Shown here: in pieces, positions 48,011-57,711 of the stretch | Numbering within the stretch: position 1 is the first letter of the stretch | How the letters are laid out: every line of letters starts with the position of its first letter | DNA from: an uncultured Burkholderiales bacterium | Lineage (GTDB): Bacteria > Pseudomonadota > Gammaproteobacteria > Burkholderiales > Burkholderiaceae_C | DNA: 64,000 bases | Reading direction: 5' to 3' | NCBI GenBank assembly: GCA_903864315.1 | Contig: CAIPFK010000100.1 | Span: forward strand, 7,728 to 71,727 | Translations under genes and position numbers: made by a program | The notes under the pieces: generated by a model | Database searches by the model: none | Seen by the model: only the letters and a program-made list of their open reading frames with translations | Told to the model about the DNA's origin: nothing

Positions 48011-48560
48011 AGAAGCCCTGATTCGCCGAGGACGCTGCCATGTGTTGGGGGACGATATCCCGCTTGATGAGGGCATCATGCCGTTTAGTTTTGCGATCAA
48101 TCGCATCACCGATCCAGCACAATTGATACCCCACTTGTTTTGTGGGGTGGATTCAAGCCTTGCGGCCAAGATCAAGCCAGGGGATTTCGTTTTGGCAGGG
48201 AAAAATTTCGCCAGCGGCAAAGCGCACATGCAAGGCTTCATCGCCATGGCCAGTCTGGGTTTGAGTGTCCTGTGTGAGTCCATGCCTTACAAAGCCCATC
48301 GCGGTGCCATCGCCAAGGGGGTTGCCATCTTGACGGGATTCACGGACCTGAGGTCATTTGCTCAGGACCATGATGACATTGAAGTGAATTTTATGGACGG
48401 CACGATTCAGAACCATACCCAAGGGACCCAAACTTTGGCGCCCGCATTGTCACCCATTTTGTCGCAACTCGTGAGAGTGGGTGGTTTGCAAAGCGCATTG
48501 AAACTTCACCTCGAATTACACCCCGAGATGAAACTGCCTTACTCGGGCTCGCCAGCGTGA
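48003..48560 (+). CDS. Aconitase-family small (swivel) subunit (LeuD/DmdB-like)
   Basis: GRCHVLGDDI, PGDFVLAGKNFASG; GGAGG RBS before ATG 48003. Confidence 0.82.
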   Translation: MHKEALIRRGRCHVLGDDIPLDEGIMPFSFAINRITDPAQLIPHLFCGVDSSLAAKIKPGDFVLAGKNFASGKAHMQGFIAMASLGLSVLCESMPYKAHRGAIAKGVAILTGFTDLRSFAQDHDDIEVNFMDGTIQNHTQGTQTLAPALSPILSQLVRVGGLQSALKLHLELHPEMKLPYSGSPA

Positions 48561-49411
48561 GCTCGCCAGTGAACAGTTCAATGGCCGGCTGCGCATTTGA
48601 GCCTTTGATGATCACGGTCGCACCCACGGGTGCCCGAGTCAATGCAACACAATACCCCAATACACCCATCAACCCAAAATCCATTGCCGCTGAAGTGATC
48701 GAGTGTGCAAAACGTGGGGCCTGCATTGCTCACTTGCATGCGAGAGATGAGCAGGGGCGAGCGACTCAATCGATTGACATCTTTCGCGACATTGTCGATC
48801 GCATTCGCGACAAGAGTGACATCATCATTCAATTGTCTTTGGGCACCAAAGGCCTGAGCGTAGAGCAAGCCGTTGAACCCATCACCTTGGATGTGGAAAT
48901 GGGCTCATTGCCACTCGGTGCATTTGAGATCAATGACACCGAATTGCAAGACAAGATTGTTGGCATGGCGGCTTTGATGGGTCAGCACGCCATCAAGCCC
49001 GAGATGGCCATTTACGGCAATGCCATGATGGAGGGTGCTTTGCGCATCATCTCTCACGGCGCAGTCCAAGCGCCACATTGTTTTGGGCTCATTGTGGGAG
49101 ATCCTCCAAGCCTGAGAGTCGGTGTGGAGAAGCTGCTGGCACTGTCTGCCTTGGTACCTGTGAACTCCCATTGGTGGGTGGCCAAGGGTGGAGTCCACCA
49201 ACTTGCCCTCAAAACTTTGGCCATGGAACTCGGTGGCCATGTGAGGGTGGGCTTTGAAGACTCGCCGCTTGACTTCAGGGGCACAGGCCCTGCGCAGAGC
49301 AATGCGTCTTTGGTGGATCAGATGGCACAACTGGCGCTCAGGATGGGCAAAACGATTGCGACGCCTGAGCAGGCGCGTCAAGCCTTGAAGCTTAAAACCC
49401 CCAAACGTTGA
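48557..49411 (+). CDS. Beta-keto acid cleavage enzyme (BKACE/DUF849)
   Basis: ITVAPTGA, AHLHARD, GGHVRVGFED, IATPEQAR. Confidence 0.9.
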   Translation: MSSPVNSSMAGCAFEPLMITVAPTGARVNATQYPNTPINPKSIAAEVIECAKRGACIAHLHARDEQGRATQSIDIFRDIVDRIRDKSDIIIQLSLGTKGLSVEQAVEPITLDVEMGSLPLGAFEINDTELQDKIVGMAALMGQHAIKPEMAIYGNAMMEGALRIISHGAVQAPHCFGLIVGDPPSLRVGVEKLLALSALVPVNSHWWVAKGGVHQLALKTLAMELGGHVRVGFEDSPLDFRGTGPAQSNASLVDQMAQLALRMGKTIATPEQARQALKLKTPKR

Positions 49412-49454
49412 TTGGCCATGAGGTCAGCGCTGGCTAAAAAATGGACTTGAACGT

Positions 49455-50849
49455 TCAACGGCACAGTCGCATCAAGTCTCTGATGGAGTCAAGGCTTGAG
49501 AGGTTTTCAAGTGACTTGGCCATGTGAGCGGCGGATGTCTGAAGACCAGAGCAGTTGGCCAACTGAATGAATTTGTTCATCTTTTGGGTCTCATTCAAAG
49601 GATTACCACTTGTGCCCAATGGGTCGTTGGTTTGCGCTTGGTGAACCTCACCACTGTTGAGATGAACGCTCACCTTGCAAGCAAATTGTTTGGGATACAC
49701 CTTGTCTGCATCGGGATCGGCCAAGACCTCTACTTTTTGAGCCAATGCGAGGCGAGCGGGGTCCTTTAAACGGGCCGTGTCGAATTCTGCTGGATTGCAG
49801 GGGTCTGCTGTGAGGCTGACTGCCACACAATATGGGATACTGTATTGCGCCTCCATGGTGTCACTCACCAGTGGATTGCTGTTGTTTTGTTTGGCAAAAC
49901 TGCTCGTGGCCACAACGACTTTCGCAATTTGGGCAACGTCAAAGTTCAATCGAGCACGCATCTCGGTGAGGAGTTGCGCCACGCCTTGAATCCAACCGCA
50001 GACCGGATACACCTTGACCCAGACATCCTGCAAGGCCCATTGATGCCCCAGTTTGTGATCGAGAAGCTCAGGCCTCGCGTGCTGCGCACTGTAAACATCC
50101 AAGAGTCCAAAGTGTCCATCCAGCGCAGTGCTGGGCGCCGTGAAGCCACGCTTGGCCAGCATGCTCATCCTCACGGCAGACTCGGCTGCATGACCCGCAT
50201 GCATGCGTTTGACCATCCCGCCGCCTGAGCCGGCGGCGAAATTTTTAATACCACTTGAACATGAACAAGCCAGCCCAATGGCGCACAAGGTTTGCTCTAA
50301 ATTCAGTTTCATCGTGACACTGGCTGCCATCGCCCCCGCCACTGGGCCCACCACGCTGGTCTTGTGAAAACCTTGCAAGGATGGCGCCATGCCCAGTGCC
50401 AAACTGATGCGAGCGGTCGCCTCATAACCCGCAATGATGCCCCTCAGCACATCTGTGCCTGAAGCGTTGACGGCTTCGGCGACGGCCAAGACGACTGGAA
50501 CAATCACTGCTCCTGGGTGGATGACCGCTTCACTCAGGAGATCGTCAAGTTCAAAGCCATGGATCGCAGTTCCGTTGCACAAGGCCGCCAAACTGGCAGA
50601 CACCGTTTGGCCATGACCCAAGACGGTGCAATCGCCTCGGCTTTGGTCGTGCAAGGCCTCTTCGCGCATGATCAAGCCCCAAGGCTGTTGTGCGCCAAAT
50701 AGACCGCACCCCAAGGCGTCAATCAAGCAACCTTTGGCCAATTGCAAAAGTGGGAGATCATTGCAGGTCTGTAAATTGAGTAAAAACTCCACCATGGGTA
50801 AGGCGTGGCCTGGGGTGACCTTGGGCTTGGACTGAAGGGGTTGACTCAT
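49455..50849 (-). CDS. MmgE/PrpD family protein
   Basis: NGTAIHGFELDD, IHPG, GFH, KRMHAG, KVYPVC, AQYSIPY. Confidence 0.92.
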   Translation of the reverse strand: MSQPLQSKPKVTPGHALPMVEFLLNLQTCNDLPLLQLAKGCLIDALGCGLFGAQQPWGLIMREEALHDQSRGDCTVLGHGQTVSASLAALCNGTAIHGFELDDLLSEAVIHPGAVIVPVVLAVAEAVNASGTDVLRGIIAGYEATARISLALGMAPSLQGFHKTSVVGPVAGAMAASVTMKLNLEQTLCAIGLACSCSSGIKNFAAGSGGGMVKRMHAGHAAESAVRMSMLAKRGFTAPSTALDGHFGLLDVYSAQHARPELLDHKLGHQWALQDVWVKVYPVCGWIQGVAQLLTEMRARLNFDVAQIAKVVVATSSFAKQNNSNPLVSDTMEAQYSIPYCVAVSLTADPCNPAEFDTARLKDPARLALAQKVEVLADPDADKVYPKQFACKVSVHLNSGEVHQAQTNDPLGTSGNPLNETQKMNKFIQLANCSGLQTSAAHMAKSLENLSSLDSIRDLMRLCR

Positions 50850-50936
50850 AGGGCTGATGGTTGGGGAGAAATCACAGGGATATCGATGAGGCCGTGAGGA
50901 GCTGGTTTTACAATCGCACGCTTGAGAAGGGGGATT

Positions 50937-51929
50937 TCACGGCTCATCGTTGTTGCCCGGTTGCAGTCCGGCTTTTTTGACCACAGGAGCCCATTTGTTG
51001 AGCTCGCTATTGACGAATTTGGCAAATTTTTCGGGCTCGCCACCGATAGGTTCGAAACCTGAATCGATCAGTTTTTGACGAAGCTCTGGGGAAGACAGGG
51101 TTTTATTAAAGGCATCATTGAGCTTGGTGATGATGGACAAGGGCGTGCCGCTGGGGACCATCACGCCATTCCAAGAGGTCACGTCATATCCCGGTACACC
51201 CGACTCGGTGATGGTGGGCAAGTCTGGAAAAGCCAAGGTGCGATGGGCACTGGTGACGCCCAAGGCTTTCAATTTTCCAGCCTTGATTTGCTGCTCGAGG
51301 ATGGCTGGGACGCCAAAAAAGAGTTGAGTCTCTCCTGCCAAAATCGAGTTCAAGGCAGGACCTCCGCCACGGTATGGGATGTGGAGCAGTTGTACACCCG
51401 ACATCATTTCAAAAAGAACCCCAGTCAAGTGGTTGATGGAGCCGTTGCCCGCAGAGCCAAAGGTCATGGGATTGACAGCGGTCTTTGCCAAAGCAATCAA
51501 CTCTTTCACGTTCTTCACCGGCAGTGACGGGTTCACCACCAAGATCTCGGGTACCAAGGTGAGAAAGATCACGCTCGAGAAGTCTTTTGCACTGAAGGGC
51601 ATTTTGCTCATCATGTGTGGATTGATCGAATGGGTACCCGAATATGCAAATAGGATTGAATATCCATCGGGCAATGACTTCGATGCCAATTCAGCGCCAA
51701 TATTACCCGCCGCGCCGCCGCGGTTATCGATCACCACGGCTTGACCGAGCACCTCAGCAAGTTTGGGCGTGATCATCCTCGCCAAGATATCCGCGCCACC
51801 GCCAGGCGGCCAGGGCACAATGAATTTGATGGGACGAGTCGGATAATTTTGTGCGTGAGCGCAAGCGCATAAAAAAATCACGCCGCTGAGCCACCAAGTT
51901 CTGAGCAGGAAGATCTTTAACGTATTCAT
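50937..51929 (-). CDS. Bug/TctC substrate-binding protein
   Basis: YPTRPIKFIVPWPPGGGAD, PDGYS, HIPYRG. Confidence 0.93.
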   Translation of the reverse strand: MNTLKIFLLRTWWLSGVIFLCACAHAQNYPTRPIKFIVPWPPGGGADILARMITPKLAEVLGQAVVIDNRGGAAGNIGAELASKSLPDGYSILFAYSGTHSINPHMMSKMPFSAKDFSSVIFLTLVPEILVVNPSLPVKNVKELIALAKTAVNPMTFGSAGNGSINHLTGVLFEMMSGVQLLHIPYRGGGPALNSILAGETQLFFGVPAILEQQIKAGKLKALGVTSAHRTLAFPDLPTITESGVPGYDVTSWNGVMVPSGTPLSIITKLNDAFNKTLSSPELRQKLIDSGFEPIGGEPEKFAKFVNSELNKWAPVVKKAGLQPGNNDEP

Positions 51930-51950
51930 GTCTTTAATCCGTGGTTTTAC

Positions 51951-52763
51951 TCAAGGCTTGATCCATGGTTTAGCGCTGGGATAAAACTCATTGCCGTAAT
52001 AGTGGTGTACCCGCTCAAGGTAGTCTCCAGTGGGCGGGGCATAGCTCAGGGCTTTGCTGGTGAATCGACCGGTCAGTCGATGCAATTTGACAGCAGTCTC
52101 GGCCATTTTGACCATTTCAATGATGCCGCTCACGATGGGTGCGTTACCAAATTGATTGATGCCTTGTTCGGCAAACACCACCATCAAGTTCCCCCCCGCA
52201 GGGATCACCACTTCGGCCCCCTTGTCCACGAGCTTTTGTGCCGCAGCATTGAACTGCGCCATCACCACCTTCAAGTAATCATCGTCGTGCATGGCCACTT
52301 TGAGTTGCAGTGGTGTGGTGTCAACCGGCTCTATGGCCACCATGCGAGTCGATAATCCATAACGGGCCACGTTTTCGTGGAGCATTTGTGACCACTTGGG
52401 GCTGATTCCGACGAAACCAAAATTGGCCCCCATGATGCTTGCCATGTGAACGCTCGTCTCGCACAGGCCCAAGATGGGGATATTGACCATCTCGCGGGCT
52501 TCACGCAACCCATAGTCACTGATGTTGCCCACCATGAAGGCGTCGTACCCTTCTTTTTCAGCTTGAATGGCGTTGGTGATCACGTCTCGCATGTCGTAAT
52601 GGGCCATGGCACGGTATTGCACGCCAATTGCAGCGGCTCCACGCACGCCTTGGAGGTGAATGTGTGTACCCGGATCAACGATGCGCTCGAGTACCGCTTT
52701 GAGTCGTTTGCCGTAGGGCGTGGACTCGGTTTCACGGGCCAAGCTTTGGTACCATAATTTCAT
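51951..52763 (-). CDS. Asp/Glu/hydantoin racemase family protein lacking both catalytic Cys
   Basis: AEKEGYDAF, GLREAREMVNIPILG, GAEVVI; Cys positions read GNISD and PAGG. Confidence 0.8.
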   Translation of the reverse strand: MKLWYQSLARETESTPYGKRLKAVLERIVDPGTHIHLQGVRGAAAIGVQYRAMAHYDMRDVITNAIQAEKEGYDAFMVGNISDYGLREAREMVNIPILGLCETSVHMASIMGANFGFVGISPKWSQMLHENVARYGLSTRMVAIEPVDTTPLQLKVAMHDDDYLKVVMAQFNAAAQKLVDKGAEVVIPAGGNLMVVFAEQGINQFGNAPIVSGIIEMVKMAETAVKLHRLTGRFTSKALSYAPPTGDYLERVHHYYGNEFYPSAKPWIKP

Positions 52764-52804
52764 GGTGTACTCCCTTAAGAGTTGTATGCAGATGGGTTTT
52801 AAAA

Positions 52805-52871
52805 ATCAAGTCTCAACGCAATGTGGCAATGCGTTGATTGGGGCTTGATGAAGATGGGGGATGGTCCCATC
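52805..52871 (-). terminator. Two stem-loops between bug and racemase genes (terminator/attenuator/stability element)
   Basis: ATCAAG..TCAACGCA/TGCGTTGA..CTTGAT (52805-52849) followed by a T run on the minus strand; GATGGG/CCCATC (52853-52871). Confidence 0.45.
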
Positions 52872-53880
52872 ACAAATTGCTGGCCTTGATGTTGGCCGAC
52901 TTGATGACCTCAGTCCAGCGTTTGAAGTCGCGGGCTAAAAAGTCACTCATCTCGGCCGAATTTGAACCAATGGGTTCGGCACCCTCAGTGAAGAAGCGCT
53001 CTCGCACGTCTGGCATTTTCATGATGAGGGCCATCTCTTTGGACAACAAAGCGCTGATGTCTGGGGGAATTCCCAAGGGGCCAACGATGCCATACCAGCC
53101 TCCTGTGTCATAGCCTGCCACGCCAGACTCTGCGATGCTTGGAACATCAGGAAGCATGGGTGAGCGCTTGGCGCTCGTGACAGCGATGGCCCTGAGTTTG
53201 CCGGTTTTGAGATGCGGCAATGCAGTGGACAGCACAGGAAAAGAGAGCGCTACATTACCGGCCAGCAAGTCACTCATGGCTTGGCCGGTGCCCTTGTAAG
53301 GAATATGCTCAAATTTGATGTTGGCCATGATTTGTAGCAAGGCACCTGATAAATGGCCAGGTGAAGCGTTGCCCGCCGAGGCCTGGGTCATGGGGTCTTT
53401 TTGTGACTTGGCGTAGGCAATGAGTTCATTCAAGTTTTTGACGGGAACAGAAGGGTGGACGACCAATAAATTGGGCACCGTTGCCAACAATGAAATGGGC
53501 GTGAAGTCCTTGACTGGATCGTGCCACATTTTGTCGTACAAGATCGGGTTGGTGGTGAGCCCAATGGAGGACATAAAAAGCGTGTAGCCGTCTGCGCTGG
53601 CTTTGGCGGTGGCATCCCCAGCGATCAAACCGTTGGCGCCTGTTTTGTTTTCAACAATGACGGGCTGTCCCAATGAATCGCTTAATTTTTGGCCAATGAG
53701 TCTGGCCGCAAAGTCCGTGAAGCCGCCAGGAGAAAAACCAACCAAAATGCGAATGGGGTGTTTGGGGTAAGCAGTTTGCCCAAGACAAGTATCCGTGGTG
53801 ACAACGAGGCAACCCATCGTGATCACAGTCCAGTAGAACTTGACAAGACGGGGAGAAATCCAAGATTTAAAAGCGAACAA
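52870..53880 (-). CDS. Bug/TctC substrate-binding protein
   Basis: YPKHPIRILVGFSPGGFTD, ADGYT, HIPYKG; start uncertain. Confidence 0.92.
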   Translation of the reverse strand: MFAFKSWISPRLVKFYWTVITMGCLVVTTDTCLGQTAYPKHPIRILVGFSPGGFTDFAARLIGQKLSDSLGQPVIVENKTGANGLIAGDATAKASADGYTLFMSSIGLTTNPILYDKMWHDPVKDFTPISLLATVPNLLVVHPSVPVKNLNELIAYAKSQKDPMTQASAGNASPGHLSGALLQIMANIKFEHIPYKGTGQAMSDLLAGNVALSFPVLSTALPHLKTGKLRAIAVTSAKRSPMLPDVPSIAESGVAGYDTGGWYGIVGPLGIPPDISALLSKEMALIMKMPDVRERFFTEGAEPIGSNSAEMSDFLARDFKRWTEVIKSANIKASNL

Positions 53881-54005
53881 TGTGCTTACCCACGAATGTT
53901 TTTAAAATGACGAAGCATTGACTTCAATAAAAAATTGTCGTGGTGCAAATGGGTTGCATGACAAATTTCACAATTTAATTTAGCACGATATGCGCAGTTG
54001 AACGC

Positions 54006-54020
54006 TAGGGAGATTCCCGA
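54006..54020. promoter_or_regulatory. Palindrome TAGGGAGATTCCCGA
   Basis: In the divergent bug / CocE intergenic region. Confidence 0.45.
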
Positions 54021-54165
54021 TTAAAAAAAACAATTGCATGCGGGATGGAGGCCTTGGAGCTTTTTACAATGGACCAATGGCTTAGAAGGTCTCGCCTCAG
54101 ATTGAAAATCTTGAATTTCCCACCTCTCTTGACATAAAGGTTTTAGCGTGATCAATACTGCCGCC

Positions 54166-55899
54166 ATGTTCAGCGAAAAAAGCAATGGAATCCACATCGA
54201 TTGGGATGTCCCCATAGCCATGAGCGATGGCTTGGTGCTTCGATGCGATGTGTTCAGACCCGATGCGCCTGGCCAGTATCCGGTCATCATGGCGGTCGGC
54301 CCCTACGGGAAGTGGCTCTCATTCCAAGATGAGGTTTGGGGCGGGCAGTGGAAGATGCTGTGTGCACAGGAGCCCGAGATCTTAAAGCTCTCGTCCAACC
54401 GTTTTCAAAATTATGAGTTTGCCGATCCAGAGCGTTTCGTGCCCGATGGCTACGTGTTGATTCGTGTGGATGTGCGAGGCACGGGGCGCTCGCCGGGTGT
54501 GATGGATTTGCTCTCAACGAGGGAGACGCAAGACTATTTTGAGTGTATCGAGTGGGCTGCGGTCCAGCCGTGGTCCAACTCAAAAGTCGGGCTCAACGGT
54601 GTATCTTACCTGGCCATGAATCAGTGGCAAGTGGCTGCCTTGAGGCCTGCGCATTTGAGCGCAATGTGCATCTGGGAGGGGTGCTCTGATTTTTATCGCG
54701 AGTTTTATCGGCACGGTGGTATTCACAGTCTCTTTGGTGACCTGTGGTACAACAAATATATTTTGCCAGTTCAATACGGTTTGGGGCAAAGGGGCTGGAA
54801 GAGCCATATCAATGGCCACTGGGTGTCAGGTGACACGCAATTGAGTGATGCGCAACTTGCGGCCAACAGAAAAGATTGGCGAACGTACACCCGAGCAAAC
54901 CCCTTGGCCAATGATCCCTACTGGATAGAGCGACAAGTGGACTTCTCGCGCATTGAAGCGCCACTTCTCTCAAGCGCCAACTGGGGTGGTCAAGGTCTGC
55001 ATTTGCGCGGTAATGTGAATGGCTATCAACAAGCCGCTTCCAAAGAAAAGTGGTTGCATTTTCATTGCCTAGAACATTGGACTGAGTTTTACACCTCCAG
55101 GGGTATTGAGCTGCAAAAGAAATTTTTTGGCCATTTTTTAAAAGGTGAAGACACCGGTTGGGGCCATGAGCCCAAGGTCATGATGCAAGTACGCCACCCA
55201 GAAAAAGAGGTGACCCTGCGCTCTGAGTTGACGTGGCCCCCCGAATCGACCCGGTATGAGCGCTATTATTTGGAACCCAACAGCAGTGGCTTGACCACAA
55301 CGGCAGTGCAGAGCTCTCAAGCGGTGAGTTATGACAGTCCTGGCGCGGGGCTGACCTTTTTATCTCAACCCATGACCCACGAGCGCACACTCATTGGACA
55401 CGCATGCGTGAAGTTGTGGGTGTCGTCTTCAACAAGCGATGCTGATTTATTTCTCATCTTGAGGGTGTTTGCACCCGATATGCGAGAGGTCACCTTTTCT
55501 GGTGCGAATGACCCGCACACGCCGGTGGCACATGGTTGGCTCAGGATGTCGAGTCGGCGCTTGGATGAGTCTGGCCGTGCATCTGTATTGCCAGCCTACA
55601 CGAATGCAAACACCGATCTCTTGAATCCTGATGAAATCTATGCTGCGAATGTGGAGATTTGGCCAACATGCATTGTCATTCCCAAAGGCTACCGGATTGG
55701 ATTGTCGATTCGTGGCAATGACTATGTCTACCCAGGGGACTTGAGTGCGGTATCGGGCAAGATCGGACAACCCGCCACGGGAGTGGGGCCTTTCAGGCAC
55801 GATGATGTCGAGGATCGGCCGAAGGCTATTTTTGACAACACAGTCACTGTGCACGCCACCGCTCAGCAACTTGCTTACATCGATATACCGTTTTGTTGA
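54166..55899 (+). CDS. CocE/NonD family hydrolase (second paralog)
   Basis: IAMSDG, GPYGK, DVRGTGRSPG, GVSYLA, GLHLRG, HGWLR. Confidence 0.9.
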   Translation: MFSEKSNGIHIDWDVPIAMSDGLVLRCDVFRPDAPGQYPVIMAVGPYGKWLSFQDEVWGGQWKMLCAQEPEILKLSSNRFQNYEFADPERFVPDGYVLIRVDVRGTGRSPGVMDLLSTRETQDYFECIEWAAVQPWSNSKVGLNGVSYLAMNQWQVAALRPAHLSAMCIWEGCSDFYREFYRHGGIHSLFGDLWYNKYILPVQYGLGQRGWKSHINGHWVSGDTQLSDAQLAANRKDWRTYTRANPLANDPYWIERQVDFSRIEAPLLSSANWGGQGLHLRGNVNGYQQAASKEKWLHFHCLEHWTEFYTSRGIELQKKFFGHFLKGEDTGWGHEPKVMMQVRHPEKEVTLRSELTWPPESTRYERYYLEPNSSGLTTTAVQSSQAVSYDSPGAGLTFLSQPMTHERTLIGHACVKLWVSSSTSDADLFLILRVFAPDMREVTFSGANDPHTPVAHGWLRMSSRRLDESGRASVLPAYTNANTDLLNPDEIYAANVEIWPTCIVIPKGYRIGLSIRGNDYVYPGDLSAVSGKIGQPATGVGPFRHDDVEDRPKAIFDNTVTVHATAQQLAYIDIPFC

Positions 55900-56017
55900 A
55901 GTTCTTTTTTTCAGTTTCCAATCCGCCACTAAAATTAACATATGACCTTCCATCAAAATCGAGCTCTCTGAGAAGCTATTCATTGCCAAAATCTTTTTAA
56001 CGGATCTTTCAATTGCC

Positions 56018-56713
56018 ATGACATTTCAAATCAACAAAATCATCGACATCAGTTTGCCATTGGAAAACACGAAGTTTTCAATGAGAACGCCCAAAGGGTT
56101 TAAAAAAGACATGCAGTTTGAGATGGAGGTATTGAAGGAACATGATTCGGCTGAGGGTGGTGAGCAAATCGTACGGGGTGTGCACATGCGTTTGCATGCG
56201 GGCAGTCATGTGGATGCGCCTGAACACAACACCAAAGGGGCCGCGCAAATCACTGACTTGGCGCCCGATGTGTTTGTGGGACCTGCTGTGGTGGCCGACC
56301 TCAGGCACTTGGTGCCCGGTGGTGCCATCACCGGTGCAGAACTGGACGCGGCAGTGGGGGATGTTGTTCAAACTGGAGACCGGTTGTTGCTCAGGACCGA
56401 TGTGAATAAAACCTACATGAAAGACGATTGGCAAAAACGTTCACCTTATTTGACGCCTGATGCCGCCCAGTGGTGTATCGATCACAAGGTGCCCTTGGTG
56501 GGCTTTGACTGTTACCATGGCGCCGAGGAATTGCTGCCCAATCAGCCCAGACTCTGGCACACTTTGCGCCTTTTGAGTGAAGCGGGAATTGTGACCTTGC
56601 CCTCTCTGATTCAATTGGACTTCATTGGGCAAAAACGAGTCACGCTGGTTGCTCTGCCGCTCAAAATCGTGGATGCCGAGGCCTCACCCGTTCGCGCTGT
56701 CGTTTTACTGTAA
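56018..56713 (+). CDS. Cyclase family metallohydrolase (KynB-like)
   Basis: HAGSHVDAPEH (HxGxHxDxPxH), ALPLK..AEASPVRAV. Confidence 0.9.
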   Translation: MTFQINKIIDISLPLENTKFSMRTPKGFKKDMQFEMEVLKEHDSAEGGEQIVRGVHMRLHAGSHVDAPEHNTKGAAQITDLAPDVFVGPAVVADLRHLVPGGAITGAELDAAVGDVVQTGDRLLLRTDVNKTYMKDDWQKRSPYLTPDAAQWCIDHKVPLVGFDCYHGAEELLPNQPRLWHTLRLLSEAGIVTLPSLIQLDFIGQKRVTLVALPLKIVDAEASPVRAVVLL

Positions 56714-56722
56714 GGATTGACG

Positions 56723-57691
56723 ATGAATAAAATCACCCTTTTGATCAGTCGTGTTGTCTTGTTGTTCCTGTGCAGCGCTGGAGGGTTCTTGTTCGCTCAA
56801 GACAAATACCCAAGTCGCGCCATCAACTTGGTTGTTCCATTGTCGCCTGGCATCACGCTTGACGCCATAGGACGCCTCTATGCTGAAAAGCTCACCAAAA
56901 TACTGGGACAGCCCGTGGTGGTGGTGAACCGCCCCGGAGCAGGGGGGATCATTGGTGCGCAATCGGTGGCGAGTGCAGTGCCCGATGGCTACACCTTGCT
57001 CATGACAAACACCGGTCACGTGATTTTGCCAGTGCTCAACAAAAACTTACCCTTTGACCCCATCAAGGACTTCAAGGGCATCACCTTGATTGCCGATACG
57101 CCATCGGTCGTGATCATCAACCCAGCGCTCGGTGTGCAAAACCTCAAGGAATTTGTCGCCCTTGCCAAAGCCAAACCGGGTAGCATCAACTACGCATCCG
57201 CTGGCATTGGAACCCCCACTCATGTGGCAGGGGCCTATTTTGCTCAACAAGCCGGCATCAATTTGGTGCATGTGCCCTATAAATTGAGTGCTGATATTGT
57301 TTCCGATTTGTTGGCCTCAAGGGTTCAATCCGTGTTTGCTCCGCCAGCTTACCTGCCGGCCATGATCAAGGACGGTCGCCTCAAAGCCTTGGCCATTTCT
57401 TCCACTGCTGATTTGCAGGATCCTTTTTACGCGCCCAATGCCAAGTCACAAGGTGTGGACTATATCAATTCGACTTGGTATGGAATTTTGGCTCCGAGTA
57501 AAACACCTGTCGACGTCTTGGAGATGTTGAGAAAGGCGGTCAACACGGTCACCGAGGACCCAGAGGTCAAAGCAAAATTGCTTTTACAAGGCTTGAATCC
57601 CAATGGTTTGAGTTTGGCGGGCTTCGATGTCTTTTTGGCCAAAGAAGCCGATCGAATCACCCCTCTTTTGAAATCTGCTGATGCCAATTGA
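56723..57691 (+). CDS. Bug/TctC substrate-binding protein
   Basis: YPSRAINLVVP, NRPGAGG, PDGYT, HVPYK. Confidence 0.9.
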   Translation: MNKITLLISRVVLLFLCSAGGFLFAQDKYPSRAINLVVPLSPGITLDAIGRLYAEKLTKILGQPVVVVNRPGAGGIIGAQSVASAVPDGYTLLMTNTGHVILPVLNKNLPFDPIKDFKGITLIADTPSVVIINPALGVQNLKEFVALAKAKPGSINYASAGIGTPTHVAGAYFAQQAGINLVHVPYKLSADIVSDLLASRVQSVFAPPAYLPAMIKDGRLKALAISSTADLQDPFYAPNAKSQGVDYINSTWYGILAPSKTPVDVLEMLRKAVNTVTEDPEVKAKLLLQGLNPNGLSLAGFDVFLAKEADRITPLLKSADAN

Positions 57692-57711
57692 GTTTTAAAA
57701 AGGATTTCCTG

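Noticed and set aside
46754-48560. Assigning gene symbols leuC/leuD
   Set aside because: Substrate and catalytic motifs diverge and there is no leuB/leuA context
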